This document shows, in pieces, positions 60,775 to 64,000 of a stretch of DNA of 64,000 nucleotides. The position numbers were made by a program, and so were the translations under genes. The stretch's first letter is position 1. Every line of letters starts with the position of its first letter. This DNA comes from Deltaproteobacteria bacterium (GTDB taxonomy: Bacteria; Desulfobacterota; Syntrophia; Syntrophales; UBA2185), in NCBI GenBank assembly GCA_026388545.1, contig JAPLJS010000046.1:23396-87395 (forward strand). Reading direction: 5' to 3'. Below the pieces are notes generated by a model that saw nothing but the letters and a program-made list of their open reading frames with translations, was not told where the DNA came from and ran no database searches.

Positions 60775-60855
60775 GTGCAATTGATCGATTATGCATGGAG
60801 ATTCTGATTTTAATATAAAGTTTCAGACCCACTTTGAGACGCTTTTAGTGTGGAT

Positions 60856-60887
60856 ACACAAAAGCCTGGGTGAATACCAGGCTTTTA
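60856..60887 (-). terminator. Rho-independent terminator downstream of tRNA-Met
   Basis: AAAAGCCTGG-gtgaata-CCAGGCTTTT. On the minus strand the stem is followed by TTTTGTGT. Confidence 0.7.
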
Positions 60888-60899
60888 AAGAGTTTCAAA

Positions 60900-60976
60900 T
60901 GGTGGCGGTGCGTGGAATCGAACCACGGACACTACGGATATGAGCCGTATGCTCTAACCGTCTGAGCTACACCGCC
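60900..60976 (-). tRNA. tRNA with anticodon CAU (Met; an Ile2 identity cannot be excluded), CCA encoded
   Basis: The reverse complement is GGCGGTGTAGCTCAGACGGTTAGAGCATACGGCTCATATCCGTAGTGTCCGTGGTTCGATTCCACGCACCGCCACCA. Anticodon loop CTCATAT. The anticodon stem lacks the three G-C pairs of an initiator. Confidence 0.88.
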
Positions 60977-61045
60977 ACGGCTTAATTAAAGTAAAAGATA
61001 TTTAGAGATCATCCATTTTCGTTTAACGCAGAATCATTGTTGGGA

Positions 61046-61074
61046 TTAATATATAAAACGAACATAATTGTCAA
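61046..61074 (-). promoter_or_regulatory. Candidate sigma70 promoter for tRNA-Met
   Basis: Minus strand: TTGACA (61074-61069), 17-nt spacer, TATTAA (61051-61046). Confidence 0.5.
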
Positions 61075-61080
61075 CCCCTG

Positions 61081-62775
61081 TTAAGGATTCTGTTGAGGGA
61101 TCATCTTATAAGAGACAATGACGCTTTTATCTGAAACGGATGCGCCCGTAGACAAAATGAGGGCAAGTACAATCTCATTTTGCCCATCGTTATCGATGTC
61201 CTTAAATTGATAATCAGCTACATATCCGTTGATCTTTCTCGTTTTCCAGTTTTCGACAAGACCAAGACCATCCCATTCGAGATTGTACACCTCGCTAGAT
61301 GTGAAAAGTTTTATATTTTTGAAAAGTCTTGCAGTCGAAGATAAATTTTTCACGATAATGACTTCTTTTTTGCCATCTTTGTTGGTATCGAATGTTAAAA
61401 TTCTTAAATTAATATAGGTATATTTATCTTCCGCATCTATTTTAAGATCGGTATTTTCGACAGCGGTGTTGCTTCCCCCATAAACATCATCACTCTTCCA
61501 GATACGTTCATCATTTCCTCCAAATGTCTGGAGCCTTGCGAGCGGTTTGTCTGTTTGTTCGTATAGGTTAAGGTAATCATAGTCATCGAGAGCTATGATT
61601 TTTTCACCTCCAGAGGTTCCCAAATTGTCTATGGTGAGACCATAGACAGAGAGCCCTTCAGGGATTTTCATTTTCTTGCCCGCTTTGTATTGTCCATCTT
61701 CCCAAACTATCTCATAGATAGGGTTACTAAAAGGTTTGTCAAAGCCACGCCGTTGACCTAACAGCAGCGGCCCTGAAGCAGTATCGATAATCCGCAAAAA
61801 CCAGGGCAGCTTTGAAGCAATCTTGACAAATTTCCCATCCTTGTATTCGAGGACAAAGGATTCGACGGTGTTTCTTACTAAGCTGGTAACGATGATTTCT
61901 TTAATGCCGTTTTTATTGATATCGGCCACATCTACGGCTATATATTTCTCATGAGATCTTCCCGGTATTTTGTAAATAAGATTAAAATCACTATCTTTTT
62001 TTTGATATACCATGACATTATGACTATCGATAATGACAACCTTATTTAAACCATCACCCGTCACATCTCCAATATCCATACCCGTAAACTCGATGGGGAA
62101 TTTCTGGCTCATCCAGAAACCTTTTCTATCGAGGGGCCTTGCGGCATTTATGAAGTCAGGATTAATGATAGAGGTAAAGGTTCCTCTTTTGCTTGTTTTC
62201 ATTCCCGCAATCATTTCTGATTCACGGACATTTTGCGGGGTCTGCTGTTGTGATGCTGCGGCTTGTGGAGGCGCAGACGCTGATGTAAACGTTGAGGGCA
62301 CCATACCAAGAATATGATTGTCGATGTTACGGGCAAAGTCATTAATCTTTAGTATAACCTCATCCATGCCCTGAGTCTGAGTAAAGATAGTTACTGTTGA
62401 TTTATTTGCGGCTATGTCGATAAGCTTCCCATCAATGCTCATACTGTTGCCAATCTTAGTAATGCTTCCGAACACAACAAAATCGACATTCATCTTTTTC
62501 CCAAGGCTGTAAACGTCTGCGAGGGCAAGATCTTTCCCCTCCTTTTCTTTCATGGCCTGAATGACAATTTCCTTACTGAGAACCTCAATCTTTTCAATGA
62601 CGGTTATTCGGGAAGACAGCATATCCCATATACCTTGTCTTACATAGTCGATATTTTCAGCACTATGGACGGTAAAAGGAAGGACAGCGACCGTTTTTTC
62701 TCCCTTTGCCTCAAGCGAACCGGATACTGCAAACAAAAGAAGGAGGCTTATTGCCAATTTTATAATGTTTTTCAT
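61081..62775 (-). CDS. Secreted protein: N-terminal LpoB/CsgG-like VAVLPF module plus FG-GAP/VCBS-type repeats
   Basis: 564 aa. Signal peptide MKNIIKLAISLLLLFAVSGSLEA. Repeated Ca-binding-like loops DVTGDGLNKVVII, DINKNGIKEIIV, DTNKDGKKEVIIV, DIDNDGQNEIVLA. Confidence 0.8.
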   Translation of the reverse strand: MKNIIKLAISLLLLFAVSGSLEAKGEKTVAVLPFTVHSAENIDYVRQGIWDMLSSRITVIEKIEVLSKEIVIQAMKEKEGKDLALADVYSLGKKMNVDFVVFGSITKIGNSMSIDGKLIDIAANKSTVTIFTQTQGMDEVILKINDFARNIDNHILGMVPSTFTSASAPPQAAASQQQTPQNVRESEMIAGMKTSKRGTFTSIINPDFINAARPLDRKGFWMSQKFPIEFTGMDIGDVTGDGLNKVVIIDSHNVMVYQKKDSDFNLIYKIPGRSHEKYIAVDVADINKNGIKEIIVTSLVRNTVESFVLEYKDGKFVKIASKLPWFLRIIDTASGPLLLGQRRGFDKPFSNPIYEIVWEDGQYKAGKKMKIPEGLSVYGLTIDNLGTSGGEKIIALDDYDYLNLYEQTDKPLARLQTFGGNDERIWKSDDVYGGSNTAVENTDLKIDAEDKYTYINLRILTFDTNKDGKKEVIIVKNLSSTARLFKNIKLFTSSEVYNLEWDGLGLVENWKTRKINGYVADYQFKDIDNDGQNEIVLALILSTGASVSDKSVIVSYKMIPQQNP

Positions 62776-62981
62776 ATTGTTTCTCCTGATTGACGGGGAA
62801 CGTATTCGAAAACGCGCCCTATACCACTATCTTGATTTCTAAAAAACCCCTTTTTAAGCTGAGGACTTTGATAAGTTGCATCTACTAACATTTAAGTGTG
62901 ATTAATTCAAGCATCGTTTCTTTAATACGAGCATCATTATTAATTTTCACAAAAAAGGATTCCTTCACTCCCATAATCATA

Positions 62982-64000
62982 CTATTTGGAGTTTCTTATT
63001 CGCTCGTTATCAATTATTTTTTTTGTAGTCAAATCGGTTACTGATTCAGGGTGCTCAGAAAACGGGATTGTAAGATGGTAAACTCCAGATTCAACGATAG
63101 CCTGGATTGGATAGCCCAATTTTTCATAGACTTTCATCATGGCCTTGTTGTCGGCAAGGACGTCAGCGGTAAAGCCTTTAATGCTCTGTTCGCGTGCAGA
63201 AGTAATAAGCATGTCGAGGATGAACTTCGCAATGCCTCTTCCCTGATATTTTTCGTCAACGACGAAGGCGGTGTCGGCAAAGGGACGATCCTGGAGGAGA
63301 ACATAACGTCCCTCTGCAATGAGGCGCTCAATTCCTCCTTCCCTGATAAGACCGACTATGGACATACGGCGTCTGTAATCCACATTGACATATTCCTGCA
63401 TTTTGACATGGGGCATGACTTTTATGGGAGTGAAATAGCGGTAAAAAACCGCTTTATCGGAAAATCTATAGAATAACCTGCGCATTTCCTCTTCATCTGA
63501 AGGCTTTATTGCACGGAAGTGGACGCTCAGTCCATCCTTGAAAATGTGGGTGCAGGCAATCCTGTCCGGATAGAGCTGTCCCGATTCTTCTAAATAGATC
63601 TGATCAGGGTAGAGTATATTCGCCGCTATGGCCTTCCGGACAAGCTCGGCTCGGTCGTCGGGATGAGAAATTTCGATCAATGCCTGTGCTCGTTCACGTA
63701 CTGTTCTGCCGAACATGGATGCAATGCCGTACTCCGTGATAATCAGATCTAAGGATTCACGATTTGTGAACTGGTTCGGGAAATCATCTGCAGAAAGGAG
63801 GATGTTAGACTCTCCCTGCAGATTCCGGCTTGGAAGGGCGAAGATTGTCCTTCCGCCACGCGAGTGTTCCGCGCCTGCGAAGAACTCCTGGGCTTGGCCC
63901 GGTCCCGGCGTTACATTACCTTTACCAATGGGAAGGGCAATGCCTCCCGTAAGGTCAACTTTTCTTGCAGGAAGAATGGCAATCATCTTGTTATTCAAGC
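62982..64000 (-). CDS. Second acetyl-CoA hydrolase/transferase::GNAT fusion (C-terminal part); the gene runs off the right edge
   Basis: VDLTGG...ITEYGIASMFGRTVRERAQALIEISHP aligns with IDLTGQ...VTEHGIAYLHGKNIRERAMALISIAHP of 54800..56725. The GNAT part has IKPSDEEEMRRLFYRFSDKAVFYRYF...YQGRGIAKFIL. The reading frame is open to position 64000. Confidence 0.8.
   Translation of the reverse strand, partial: LNNKMIAILPARKVDLTGGIALPIGKGNVTPGPGQAQEFFAGAEHSRGGRTIFALPSRNLQGESNILLSADDFPNQFTNRESLDLIITEYGIASMFGRTVRERAQALIEISHPDDRAELVRKAIAANILYPDQIYLEESGQLYPDRIACTHIFKDGLSVHFRAIKPSDEEEMRRLFYRFSDKAVFYRYFTPIKVMPHVKMQEYVNVDYRRRMSIVGLIREGGIERLIAEGRYVLLQDRPFADTAFVVDEKYQGRGIAKFILDMLITSAREQSIKGFTADVLADNKAMMKVYEKLGYPIQAIVESGVYHLTIPFSEHPESVTDLTTKKIIDNERIRNSK

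Noticed and set aside
60851-60860. DnaA-box-like 9-mer (TGTGGATAC) near tRNA-Met.
   Set aside because: It is a single imperfect copy with no cluster of boxes, no AT-rich unwinding element and no dnaA/dnaN context. It is not an origin.

Overview
This is a 64-kb stretch of a low-to-moderate GC bacterial chromosome, probably from an uncultured anaerobe; the lineage cannot be assigned from the sequence alone. I saw no rRNA, CRISPR array, transposase, integrase, reverse transcriptase or phage gene. Most of the window is tightly packed housekeeping genes on both strands. These include lepA (partial)-adk, ygiQ, ligA, an EF-G2-type paralogue, secA, argJ, and the conserved block rpsB-tsf-pyrH-frr-uppS-cdsA-dxr-rseP followed by tsaB. 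They continue with psd-pssA, asd-rsmD-coaD, an aspartate aminotransferase, ispG-proS-rel-amidase-rph-rdgB, tRNA-Pro(UGG) and tRNA-Met(CAU). Seven things stand out. (1) A minus-strand signalling operon encodes a 2153-aa protein (kinase-like, STAND-type ATPase, helical repeats, GAF, HisKA/HATPase, REC, HPt) followed by two paralogous response regulators. One regulator ends in a LuxR HTH and the other in a four-Cys module (ICxxCKKIRDD...CPxC). (2) A minus-strand operon encodes an acetyl-CoA hydrolase/transferase::Pat-type GNAT fusion, a P-loop/DRTGG (Pta N-terminal-like) protein and a phosphohexomutase. CoA-related genes lie upstream, and a second copy of the fusion sits at the right edge. (3) A PurF-like amidophosphoribosyltransferase lacks the N-terminal catalytic Cys. 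(4) A class-I aminotransferase is interrupted by a single in-frame TAG. (5) At least four families of short intergenic repeats or MITE-like palindromes are present. One provides the last codons and stop of ligA, one pair brackets ygiQ, and one overlaps the predicted 5' end of ispG. (6) An AT-rich, gene-poor 1-kb gap lies downstream of tRNA-Pro. (7) The protein-kinase domain of the large sensor has Asn at the catalytic Asp position. All functional calls come from motif recognition by eye in the supplied translations. No database search was run.
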